A DNA stretch of 64,000 nt from an uncultured Clostridia bacterium (GTDB lineage: Bacteria; Bacillota; Clostridia; Christensenellales; UBA1242): positions 16,560 through 80,559 of the forward strand of contig CALWQM010000012.1 of assembly GCA_944383685.1 (NCBI GenBank), read 5' to 3'. The notes below the pieces were generated by a model, which searched no databases, was not told the DNA's origin, and saw nothing but the letters and a program-made list of their open reading frames with translations. Shown in pieces: positions 1 through 8,685 of the stretch. Within the stretch, counting starts at the first letter, position 1. Every line of letters starts with the position of its first letter. The position numbers and the translations under genes were made by a program.

Positions 1-94
1 AAAAAGCAAAAGGCAGAAAAAAGCAAATCAAGCGGAATAAGAAAAATACATCATGGAGATTATTTTGAATTTGATGATAAAGATTTATAACTTT

Positions 95-619
95 TTATAA
101 TGAAACAACTCTTTCAAGTGAGGATGAAGAAATATTAAAATCTTCCTCCTTTTTATTTTTTATTTGATTATAATAGTTTAATATCCAACTTTCATTTTTA
201 AGCATATCATTTAAGGTTAAATCGTTGTATCCCTTAACTTTAAGTCTATGTTCAAAGCTTAACTCTGCACTTGTAAGTTTTCTAAACACAGTGCGCATAC
301 TGATATTATATTTTTCTGCCAAATCTTTGCACTTTAATCTGTCAAAATAACGATTAATTAAAAACACCGCATCTTTAATTGGAATGTTTTTTAAAACATC
401 GTCAACAAGCAATTTAAGATTAATCAAAGTTATCTTTCTTTCCGCTAAATCAATGAGTTTATTGGAAATATTATAAACATTATTTTTATACATATTTGCC
501 TTTGAATACTCAAAAGAATTTAGTGCTGTTTTCAATGTTATTTTATCAATAGCCCCTGCAATGTTGTCCAAATAGTTATATACTCCAAGTAAAGTTTTTG
601 TCCAATATGTTTCATTCAT
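95..619 (-). CDS. HTH transcription regulator with a sigma-70 region-4-like C-terminal half (ArpU/DUF1492-like)
   Basis: ORF 95..676 was trimmed to the ATG at 619, which is preceded by AAGGAGAA. The motif DLAEKYNISMRTVFRKL resembles a region-4 HTH. Upstream promoter: -35 TTGACT (671-676), 18 nt, -10 TATAAT (647-652). Confidence 0.5.
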   Translation of the reverse strand: MNETYWTKTLLGVYNYLDNIAGAIDKITLKTALNSFEYSKANMYKNNVYNISNKLIDLAERKITLINLKLLVDDVLKNIPIKDAVFLINRYFDRLKCKDLAEKYNISMRTVFRKLTSAELSFEHRLKVKGYNDLTLNDMLKNESWILNYYNQIKNKKEEDFNISSSSLERVVSL

Positions 620-811
620 AATTTTCTCCTTTGCAAAACAAAAGAGATTATAAAAAATAAAAAAAATGATAGTCAAACATATATGCCAAGTATTTTTAAA
701 TAATTTTACAATATTTTACAAATATTAAAAATATGCCGTCATTATGACATAAAAGTGACAGCAAAAAACAGGTTTTTAAGCTTATTAAATTAGCGCAAAA
801 AGATAAATAAT

Positions 812-844
812 TCAACAAAAAAGGCAAAGTTATTCCTTTGCCTT
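812..844 (-). terminator. Rho-independent terminator overlapping the stop codon of the 830..1780 gene
   Basis: Stem aaggcaaag (821-829) pairs with ctttgcctt (836-844) around a 6-nt loop, followed by a T-run on the minus strand. Confidence 0.6.
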
Positions 845-1780
845 TTTATCCATTCTTTCTTTTTTCTTTAAAAGTCTTCTCTCTTTTTTATCCAATTTTT
901 TCTTTGACATTTTCTTTGCCTTTCCCTTAACTTCCACTTCTGCCAAAGATTGTTTCAAAGCCTCAGGATTTTCCAAATATTTAAGAAGAAGACGAACACT
1001 GTTTCCATAATATAAACCATCTGCAACTCTTTCATCCAGTGAAAGTCCCAAATCCATAATTTTTTCAGTGTGAATGTTGCCATCTCTGTCGCTTACTGGA
1101 ACATAATTAACTTTTCCCAGTGCTCCAAACATTGTTGTTGTTCCAAAATTATATAAGTGGTGATAAACTTTGTTAAGTTTAATGCTTTTAAGGTCGGTCA
1201 CAAAAATGCTGGTATGGAAAGGACTTGCATCAATAAGAGACTTTGGAAGAAGTCCATATCTATCTAAAAATCTAATAAGTTTCATTGCAACCTTAAACAT
1301 CCAATATGGCATTTTGCCCAATAACCCCGCAACCTTTGTTGTTTCATGAGTTTGTGCATTTTCACCAATATTTCTTTTAATTTCATCATCCACAATTTTC
1401 TTAATTTCATAAATATTTTCTCTGCCAGTGAAATGAAATTTGAGGGTTATCTCATCCGCATCATCAGTAAGTTTAGGTTTAACGGCCATTGAAACAGTGA
1501 TTTCATTGCGTTGAAAAATTTGGCAGTTAACAATAAATCTATTAACTTTTGGTCTTTCATAAATCATTCTTACGCATGCTGCAATCAAAATTTCTGTGTA
1601 ATTGAAATGCACCCCAGATTCTTGCCTTTCTTTCAAAATAAATTCGTCAAGTGCCTTACATCTAATTTGTTGCTTATATAAATTTACACCGTCAATTCTT
1701 TCAGGCATAAAATATGGTCCTGCTTTTTCAATAACCATAAGATTTTTAACTCTACGTCCATCTGCTCTTCTTCCAAACAT
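830..1780 (-). CDS. 2-oxoacid dehydrogenase E2 / CAT-fold acyltransferase catalytic-domain family protein with a lysine-rich C-terminal tail
   Basis: The segment SLDERVADGLYYG aligns by eye to the E2 catalytic motif S-x-DHR-x-x-DG. ATG at 1780 with a GAGGA SD. The tail is KGKAKKMSKKKLDKKERRLLKKKERMDKKAKE. Confidence 0.55.
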   Translation of the reverse strand: MFGRRADGRRVKNLMVIEKAGPYFMPERIDGVNLYKQQIRCKALDEFILKERQESGVHFNYTEILIAACVRMIYERPKVNRFIVNCQIFQRNEITVSMAVKPKLTDDADEITLKFHFTGRENIYEIKKIVDDEIKRNIGENAQTHETTKVAGLLGKMPYWMFKVAMKLIRFLDRYGLLPKSLIDASPFHTSIFVTDLKSIKLNKVYHHLYNFGTTTMFGALGKVNYVPVSDRDGNIHTEKIMDLGLSLDERVADGLYYGNSVRLLLKYLENPEALKQSLAEVEVKGKAKKMSKKKLDKKERRLLKKKERMDKKAKE

Positions 1781-1804
1781 CTAAATAATCCTCGCTTTTT
1801 AATT

Positions 1805-3082
1805 TTATTTTTTAATATTTTTGCTAAATTTTTTTCTTACCAAATTTTTTTCTTTTCCATTTTGACTTGGTTCGTAATAAACCCTGTCTTTAAGTTTATC
1901 CGGCATATATTGCTGTTCAACATAACCGCCATAGTTATGCGGATATTTATATTTCCCATGCCCATCCTTGTTTGTGCTTGGATGATTTTTTAAATGATTA
2001 GGCACAATATCCTCTCTTTCACTTTCAGCATCATCCATCGCTTTTTGCATTGCAATGTAAACACTGTTTGATTTCTCAGCTTCACATAAATAGATAATTG
2101 CATGCGATAAATTCAAATAGCACTCTGGTGGACCAATTTTTTCAACTGCATACATTGCACAGCAAGCAATCAAAAGTGCATTTGAGTCTGCCATTCCAAT
2201 ATCTTCACTTGCATGGGCAATCATTCGCCTTGCAATAATTAATGGGTCAATTCCTGCTTTAATAAGCCTTTGGCTGTAATATAACGCAGCCTCTGTATCA
2301 CTTCCCCTCAAACTTTTGCAAAAAGCGGAAAGGTAATCATAATAACCGGTTTCATCAATGGAAAGTGGTCTTTTGTTCAAGCATTCTGCCATTGTGGTTT
2401 TATCTATATGCACATACTTATCTTGCGACATATTTGTTGATTTAACAGCAAGTTCCAAAGCATTTAAGGCGGTTCTTACATCCCCATTGCAAGCAAAAGC
2501 AAGATATTTTTTTGCATCCTCGTCCATTTTAATCTTAATATCGCCAAGCCCATTCTCTTTGTCAGTCAGTGCTCTATTAATAACTTTCAATATGTCATTT
2601 TCACTTACTTTTTTAAATTCAAAAACACTACATCTTGAAACAATAGCCCTTGTCATGCTGGTGTATGGATTTTCAGTTGTTGAACCAATAAAGTAAATGC
2701 TTCCTTCTTCGATTGCTTGCAAAACACAATCACTTTGTGCCTTATTCCATCTATGACATTCATCTAATAAAAGATATGTATCCTTATTAAACATAGCTTT
2801 ATTTGCTCTGGCTCTTTCAATAATCGCCTTTGCTTCCGCAACACCACTTGAAACCGCATTAAGTTTTTCAATGTTGGCATCAAGCATTTTTGCAATAATA
2901 TTTGCAAGAGTGGTCTTTCCTGTTCCTGGTGGGCCATAAAAAATAAGACTCCCAACATTGCCTGCTCGGATTGCTCTTGTCAATAATTTATTTTTGCCAA
3001 CAATATGCTCCTGCCCAACAAAATCATCAAGGGTTTTTGCACGCATACGTTCAGCAAGTGGTATTCGTTGTATATTATCCAT
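1805..3082 (-). CDS. rarA: Replication-associated recombination protein A (AAA+ ATPase RarA/MgsA)
   Basis: Walker A motif GPPGTGKTTLA, LLLDECHRWNK, and a C-terminal MgsA-type helical domain. The 425-aa length is typical. Confidence 0.9.
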   Translation of the reverse strand: MDNIQRIPLAERMRAKTLDDFVGQEHIVGKNKLLTRAIRAGNVGSLIFYGPPGTGKTTLANIIAKMLDANIEKLNAVSSGVAEAKAIIERARANKAMFNKDTYLLLDECHRWNKAQSDCVLQAIEEGSIYFIGSTTENPYTSMTRAIVSRCSVFEFKKVSENDILKVINRALTDKENGLGDIKIKMDEDAKKYLAFACNGDVRTALNALELAVKSTNMSQDKYVHIDKTTMAECLNKRPLSIDETGYYDYLSAFCKSLRGSDTEAALYYSQRLIKAGIDPLIIARRMIAHASEDIGMADSNALLIACCAMYAVEKIGPPECYLNLSHAIIYLCEAEKSNSVYIAMQKAMDDAESEREDIVPNHLKNHPSTNKDGHGKYKYPHNYGGYVEQQYMPDKLKDRVYYEPSQNGKEKNLVRKKFSKNIKK

Positions 3083-3337
3083 AACTTATTTGATTATAAC
3101 AAATAAATTTTCAAAATACAATTATATTGTTAAAATTACTTAAAATTTTTTATCTTTTTTTGAGGAATTGTGTTTTCATTATTTTATCTTACAAAATAAA
3201 TAAAATGAATTTTCATATTTTATTTATTTTTATTTTTCCCCCTCCCCAATTAAAAACAATAAGTAACTTAATTTGCTAATCATTAACAGACTCATATTAC
3301 CTTCGATGTCGTCACAAATTAATTACCCAACTCAATT

Positions 3338-4579
3338 TTATCTATCAAGTGAAAGATAAATTGGGTCTTTCTTTTTTAAACTAAATCTTGTTACATTTGA
3401 AATGTTAGCATATTTAACCTCTCCAACTTGAAGATATTTTTCAAGCCCAAAAGACACCAGAATTTTTTTATAATATTCACTATTGAAAATTCCAAGTTCT
3501 TTTAACCCTATTTCCTTAAAAGAAACAAAATCTATCTTTTCTTTTCCCCTAACAAACAACCTTCGCAAATTCATATATTTTTCAATCAACGAATCATCAA
3601 TTTCATTTAAATTCCAGTTAAGCCAAATTTTCTTGGGTAAATCATTATTAAAAAATTGGTCAAATTTTTGATTCTTAGTTTTAACACGAACATCAAAAAT
3701 TTCAAAACACTTTTTTGTTGAAATTTCAAACAACTTGCAAAAGTCACTTTTCTTTTTAAAACTTAAAGGAAGTTTTTTATTTGAAAATTGGAAAAAGAAA
3801 CTTCTTTCTTCTTTTGCTTTCAAGGTAAAATTCATTGTTAAAAAAATTGTTGAAAAACAAGAATTATCTAAACCATCAATGGCAGAAAAACTGAATTTTG
3901 CATTTGGGCAAACATAATTAAAATAATAAATCTCTTTTGTTAAAAGATTAGTAATTTTTATATTACCATTTTGTTTTTTAAAGTAAAAATATCCTTTTTT
4001 TAACGGAAAATTTAAATAAATTTTAATTTTTTTCTCATTTTTATCAATATTTTTAATATTAAAATAAATATTATTCCCATTCAACAAAAACTCTTTATAT
4101 GAAAACTCAACATTATCTTTTAAAATATCATCTTTTATCAATGCAAAATCTTTATAAGTTGGATTGATAATATCATCGTTGACCTTAAAGAACTTATCTT
4201 TAAATTTAAAATCATAGTTTGATGAAGATTTATAGTTAATATTTAATTTGTTTATCATGTTTAAAAATTGCAAATTAGAAGAAATTTCACTGTAAAACAC
4301 ACAATTTTTAACTTTTTTTAACATTTTTTCATGTTTTTTATTGATTTTTTCTAATGGTAATAATAAGTTAAATTTTTCTTCTTCACTTGCAAGTTCAAAT
4401 GCTTTAATTAAATTTGCATTCAAAACTTTATCAAATTTAAAAACTGGATATCTAACATCAACCCCAAAATTAAATAGCAAAGTTTTATCTATATCAGCAT
4501 TAAAGCATACAGGTGAATGAAAACGCACCCTATTTAAAATTGTTTGCTTTGCTTTTAAAGCATAACTTAAATTAATCAT
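3338..4579 (-). CDS. Hypothetical protein, K/N/F-rich, no recognisable family
   Basis: A 413-codon ORF with an ATG start in a compact gene context. No motif was recognised. Confidence 0.55.
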   Translation of the reverse strand: MINLSYALKAKQTILNRVRFHSPVCFNADIDKTLLFNFGVDVRYPVFKFDKVLNANLIKAFELASEEEKFNLLLPLEKINKKHEKMLKKVKNCVFYSEISSNLQFLNMINKLNINYKSSSNYDFKFKDKFFKVNDDIINPTYKDFALIKDDILKDNVEFSYKEFLLNGNNIYFNIKNIDKNEKKIKIYLNFPLKKGYFYFKKQNGNIKITNLLTKEIYYFNYVCPNAKFSFSAIDGLDNSCFSTIFLTMNFTLKAKEERSFFFQFSNKKLPLSFKKKSDFCKLFEISTKKCFEIFDVRVKTKNQKFDQFFNNDLPKKIWLNWNLNEIDDSLIEKYMNLRRLFVRGKEKIDFVSFKEIGLKELGIFNSEYYKKILVSFGLEKYLQVGEVKYANISNVTRFSLKKKDPIYLSLDR

Positions 4580-4671
4580 AAAATGATTTTTTCAAAAAAA
4601 AGAAATTTCAAACCAATTTTTCATATTTTTTGTTAAATTTATATAAAAATATAATCTTTTCTAAAAATAAA

Positions 4672-4692
4672 AAGATGGAATACTTCCATCTT
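4672..4692 (-). terminator. Terminator hairpin downstream of RNase P RNA
   Basis: AAGATGGAA / TTCCATCTT stem followed by TTTTTATTTTT on the minus strand. Confidence 0.6.
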
Positions 4693-4704
4693 AATTTTAA
4701 ATTA

Positions 4705-5047
4705 TTCAGCCAAACTGTAAGCCGAGTTCTGTATTAAATGGTCATCTATCTAGCTTTGTTGTCACCAACAAATTCAAGCGGTATTTTTGTTAGGCATGAA
4801 AGAACGCATAAAGCCTAAACTTAACCTTGCATCGAGTGGGGTTTACAGAGCAAAACTTGTTACCAAGTTTCCGGTAGGCTCTTACCCTACCTTTCCACCA
4901 TCACCCTAATTAAAGGGCAGTCTATTTCTGTTGCACTATCCTTAGAGTCGCCTCCACCAGCCGTTAACTGGCACCCTGTTCTTTTGATGCTCGGACTTTC
5001 CTCTCTGTGCTCATCATAAGCACACAGCGACCATCTGTTTGACTGAC
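4705..5047 (-). ncRNA. rnpB: RNase P RNA (bacterial, probably type B)
   Basis: The minus strand contains the universal GAGGAAAGTCCG box (revcomp of 4991-5002) and GGGTAAGAGCCTACC. P1 pairs CAGTCAAAC (5037-5045) with GTTTGGCTG (4707-4715). No ORF is present. Confidence 0.85.
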
Positions 5048-5157
5048 TATTAAATTATACCACTCTTTAAATTAAAAATCAACATTCATACCAAAAAATT
5101 AACAAAAATCATTAATTAAAAAAATTTATAAAAAAAGTCATTAGAAATTCTAATGAC

Positions 5158-6516
5158 TTAGCCAACGTTAAATATTTGTTTAACTTTACCATGCTTGTCA
5201 GCACTAAAACCTTGCATTATTCCATCTTGTGAAACTTTAATTCCAACACCATATTTAGCCATACTTTTGGTTGCAGCAAGTCGGCCTCCTCCAAGGCTTC
5301 CCGCTTCAATTTTAATAATTGCTCCAACTGCAATAATTGTTCCATCAAAATCAACAATAAGCGCACCATCAATCGCAACCAATTCTTCCAAAAGGGTTCT
5401 GTCAAGTTCATGCAATTTTCTGCCAGAAATAATTTTCGAAATTGATTTAGACTTCACACAATTATTTCTTTCCATAAATTCTTCATAGGAACAATTATAA
5501 TCTTTTTCAATTTTTTTAGCATTAGATATATTATATAATTTTCCAGCCTCTTCGAGTTCAATTTGTTTTTTAATTTCAAAATGCGGTTTGGAGATTATAT
5601 CAGCTCCATCAATGTGTTGCATCGCTTCTTTGGTTTTGTCTTTGTTTAGATAAACAATGCAAGCCCCTTTATATCCAAAAGAGCAATCAAGTGCAGTGTT
5701 ATAAATTGCACGTCTAATTTGTTTTGCAGTGTAAGAAACATTGTTATACAAAAGCCTTATAACTTCATCATGCGAATATACGCACCACTTACCATTACGC
5801 TTTGCAAACATAAGTTGTCTTGCGTAAAAAATTAAGATATCACCCTTGGTTGTTAAAACAATTCCAATTCTTTTATCATTGCAACTTCTTGCAACTCTAT
5901 CATAAATATATGGGGAAACAGTTGGTGCAAACTTTGTGCTTTTTAAATTAATATAACCATTAAGCCTGCCATTTCTGTCAAATTCAACAAAGGACGAAAC
6001 ACCATCCGTCAACCTTGCAAAAAAGTCATGGTCAATTATATCAAAATAGGATACACTGTTTTCTAATTCATTATTGGACATGAGATTAACAAATATTCCC
6101 ATCGAAACATTGCTTCCTTCATAAGTCCTTGTTGACCACTTTTCAAGCATGGATATAATACCAATAACAGTTTCCGACGCAGTGTCAGTTATACTATCAA
6201 TTAGCGCCTTTTCAATTGCCACACTTTGAAGTTTTTGAACATAAACAGCATTATCAAAATGATAAGAAGAAATAGTTGTCATTTCCTCCAAAATTGCACG
6301 AATAAGGTTAACTTCAAAAGATTTGAAAGCTTGCCCTCTTTTTAAAATAATTCTATATTCATCAGTTTTTGTTGGCTTCATAAGGACAGAATTCCCCTTC
6401 CCTAATGCCACCTCTAAATCTCTTGAAGACGATTCTGTTTCCCCTGCTACATACGAACCTGTAAATAATGGGACAATCAACTTATTGACAAAATCGTAGA
6501 ATTGCACTTTATCCAT
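5158..6516 (-). CDS. Protein with a C-terminal DisA_N/CdaA-like (DAC-fold) domain lacking the RHR catalytic motif
   Basis: The C-terminus DGALIVDFDGTIIAVGAII...GGGRLAATKS...GIKVSQDGIMQGF parallels DAC motifs DGAVII..I.AAG...GTRHRAA...VSEETG. ATG at 6516 with an AAGGGG SD. Confidence 0.6.
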   Translation of the reverse strand: MDKVQFYDFVNKLIVPLFTGSYVAGETESSSRDLEVALGKGNSVLMKPTKTDEYRIILKRGQAFKSFEVNLIRAILEEMTTISSYHFDNAVYVQKLQSVAIEKALIDSITDTASETVIGIISMLEKWSTRTYEGSNVSMGIFVNLMSNNELENSVSYFDIIDHDFFARLTDGVSSFVEFDRNGRLNGYINLKSTKFAPTVSPYIYDRVARSCNDKRIGIVLTTKGDILIFYARQLMFAKRNGKWCVYSHDEVIRLLYNNVSYTAKQIRRAIYNTALDCSFGYKGACIVYLNKDKTKEAMQHIDGADIISKPHFEIKKQIELEEAGKLYNISNAKKIEKDYNCSYEEFMERNNCVKSKSISKIISGRKLHELDRTLLEELVAIDGALIVDFDGTIIAVGAIIKIEAGSLGGGRLAATKSMAKYGVGIKVSQDGIMQGFSADKHGKVKQIFNVG

Positions 6517-6681
6517 ACTTTGCCCCTTTTAAAATAGCATAATTTCATTTAAAAACTTATCATAAGATGTTAAAATTTTAAAAAATTTATTAAATTTTTT
6601 AAAAAAATCAGCAATTTAACATAATTTTTAGATAAATTTTTAAATTTTAGCCTTTATAGAAACTTATACTATATATAAATT

Positions 6682-6709
6682 ATTATAAATTCAAAAAATA
6701 CCTTGTCAA
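6682..6709 (-). promoter_or_regulatory. Candidate sigma-A promoter for the DAC-like gene
   Basis: -35 TTGACA (6704-6709), 16-nt spacer, -10 TATAAT (6682-6687) on the minus strand. This implies a leader of about 160 nt. Confidence 0.4.
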
Positions 6710-6755
6710 GCATTTTTAACAAATTTTTTTAAATTTTTTCAATTTAATTGTAAAA

Positions 6756-7493
6756 TTAAGATGTTTTTATATTTTTTGCTTCTACGGTATTTTTATTTTT
6801 GTTGTCTTCTTCTTGAAAATTTTCTTTTATAACTTCCAAAGCTTTATTCTCTATTCTTGAAATATATGATCTTGAAATTCCAAGTTTTTCAGCAACTTCT
6901 TTTTGAGTTAACCCTCTCTCATCAATAAGCCCATATCTCAAATTAATTATCATTCTTTCACGTTCATCGAGTTTTGTGTTTATTATGTGTTTAATTTTTT
7001 GCATAGTCAAATTGTTATCCACTTGATTAAAAAGTTCATCTTCATCCGAAGATATAACATCCATAAGCTCCAAGTCATTATCCTCTTCATTATTGCTTGT
7101 TAAACTATTAAGTGAAACAACATTTTTATGTTTTTTGTTTGCTCTAATAAGCATTAAAATTTCATTGTTGATACATCTTGCAGCATAGGTTGAAAGTTGC
7201 ACTTTTTTATCATAGTCAAAAGTGTCAATCGCCTTAATAAGTCCAATCGTTCCAACAGACAAAAGGTCATCAACTTCCAAAGTGTTTGTATATTTTTTAA
7301 CAACATGTGCAACAAGCCTTAAATTATGACTGATAAGTTTATCTCTTGCTTTTTTATCTCCCCTTTTCATTTTTTCAAACTCTACCCTTTCTTCTTCAAT
7401 AGATAAAGGTTTTGGGAACCCTTGCACAGTATCAACGAAATTTGTAAACAAATTTATTCGACTAAAAAAATAAACAAAACTTTCAAAAACCAT
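6756..7493 (-). CDS. sigK: Sporulation sigma factor, SigK-like, with N-terminal pro-sequence
   Basis: FPKPLS...HNLRLVAHVVKKY...GTIGLIKAIDTF...YAARCINNEILM...GISRSYISRIENKAL matches Bacillus SigK better than SigE (LPPPLS / RNLRLVVYIARKF). AGGAG SD. Confidence 0.75.
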   Translation of the reverse strand: MVFESFVYFFSRINLFTNFVDTVQGFPKPLSIEEERVEFEKMKRGDKKARDKLISHNLRLVAHVVKKYTNTLEVDDLLSVGTIGLIKAIDTFDYDKKVQLSTYAARCINNEILMLIRANKKHKNVVSLNSLTSNNEEDNDLELMDVISSDEDELFNQVDNNLTMQKIKHIINTKLDERERMIINLRYGLIDERGLTQKEVAEKLGISRSYISRIENKALEVIKENFQEEDNKNKNTVEAKNIKTS

Positions 7494-7708
7494 ATAAACT
7501 CCTATGCAAAATTTATATGATGTTTTTTGTCGAATTTTGCTTGACCAATAAAAATAGTTGGCAAATTTACAATCTTTGTTTAAACTATTTAGATTGTAAT
7601 TTTTATATGATTTTATTCCTAATTAGTAAACCATATTTGTTTATTTATAAAATTTCAAGCATAGCCATTTAATAAAAGTAAATGAAAAATTATTTAAATC
7701 AAATATAA

Positions 7709-7747
7709 TAAAAAAAGCATACTACACCATATATTGTGTAGTATGCT
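7709..7747 (-). terminator. Rho-independent terminator after ftsY
   Basis: 12-bp perfect stem (7716-7727 with 7736-7747), 8-nt loop, T-run on the minus strand. Confidence 0.75.
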
Positions 7748-7774
7748 TAGTATTATGCAATATAAATTGTTTAT

Positions 7775-8671
7775 TTAGAATAATTCTTCAACAAACTCTT
7801 CTGCATCAAATGGCTGTAAATCATCAACCTTCTCACCTGTTCCAACAAAGACAACAGGTAACTTATATTCTTTTTCAATCGCAATGATAACTCCACCTTT
7901 TGCTGTCCCGTCAAGCTTAGTTAAAATTATTCCATCAATATCAACAAATTCATCAAATGCTTTAATTTGAGATAGAGCATTTTGCCCTGTTGTTGCATCC
8001 AAAACAATGAAGGTATATTTATGAGCATCCGCATATTCACGATTGACAATTTTGTCTATCTTTTTAAGTTCTTCCATTAAATTGGTTTTTGTGTGAAGCC
8101 TTCCTGCTGTGTCCACAATTAAAACATCTGTCTTTTTTGCTTTGGCACTGGATATCCCATCAAACACAACAGCAGCGGCATCCGCCCCTTCCGCATGCTT
8201 AATAATTCTTGTTTTTGTTCTCTCTGCCCATTCAGTGAGTTGTGAAGATGCTGCCGCACGGAAAGTGTCACCTGCAACAAGTGTCACATCTTTTTTGTTG
8301 CTCTTAAAATAGGAAGCAAGCTTGCCAATGGTTGTTGTCTTACCAACTCCATTAACTCCAACAATTGTTATAATTGCAGGATATTCAATTTCAATTTTTG
8401 GTGCATCATTAAAATATTGTTTAAGAATTTCTTTTAAAACTTTCTTAACCTCATCTCCCTTTCTTACCTTTCTTTTGTGGCATTCATCACGAAGTTCCTC
8501 AACAATTTCCATTGAACTTCTAACACCAACATCAGCAGAAATCAAAATATCAGTTAAATCATCAAAAAATTCATCATTAAGTTCACCATGGCTTAATAAT
8601 TCATCCAATTTACGAGTTAAGGCATCCTTTGTTTTTTTCAATGCCTGTCCAATCTTTTTAAATAAGCCCAT
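7775..8671 (-). CDS. ftsY: Signal recognition particle receptor FtsY
   Basis: GVNGVGKTTTIGKLA, DTAGRL and TKLDGTAKGG SRP-GTPase motifs. Confidence 0.95.
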   Translation of the reverse strand: MGLFKKIGQALKKTKDALTRKLDELLSHGELNDEFFDDLTDILISADVGVRSSMEIVEELRDECHKRKVRKGDEVKKVLKEILKQYFNDAPKIEIEYPAIITIVGVNGVGKTTTIGKLASYFKSNKKDVTLVAGDTFRAAASSQLTEWAERTKTRIIKHAEGADAAAVVFDGISSAKAKKTDVLIVDTAGRLHTKTNLMEELKKIDKIVNREYADAHKYTFIVLDATTGQNALSQIKAFDEFVDIDGIILTKLDGTAKGGVIIAIEKEYKLPVVFVGTGEKVDDLQPFDAEEFVEELF

Positions 8672-8685
8672 AAACTCTCCTTATT

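Noticed and set aside
1-90. A possible 3' end of a plus-strand gene (…KKQKAEKSKSSGIRKIHHGDYFEFDDKDL*).
   Set aside because: Only 29 codons are visible, the sequence is lysine-rich and low in complexity, and nothing supports it. It cannot be called.
6756-7493. A skin-like element interrupting sigK.
   Set aside because: The sigK-like ORF is continuous from the pro-sequence to region 4.2. No recombinase or inserted element is present.
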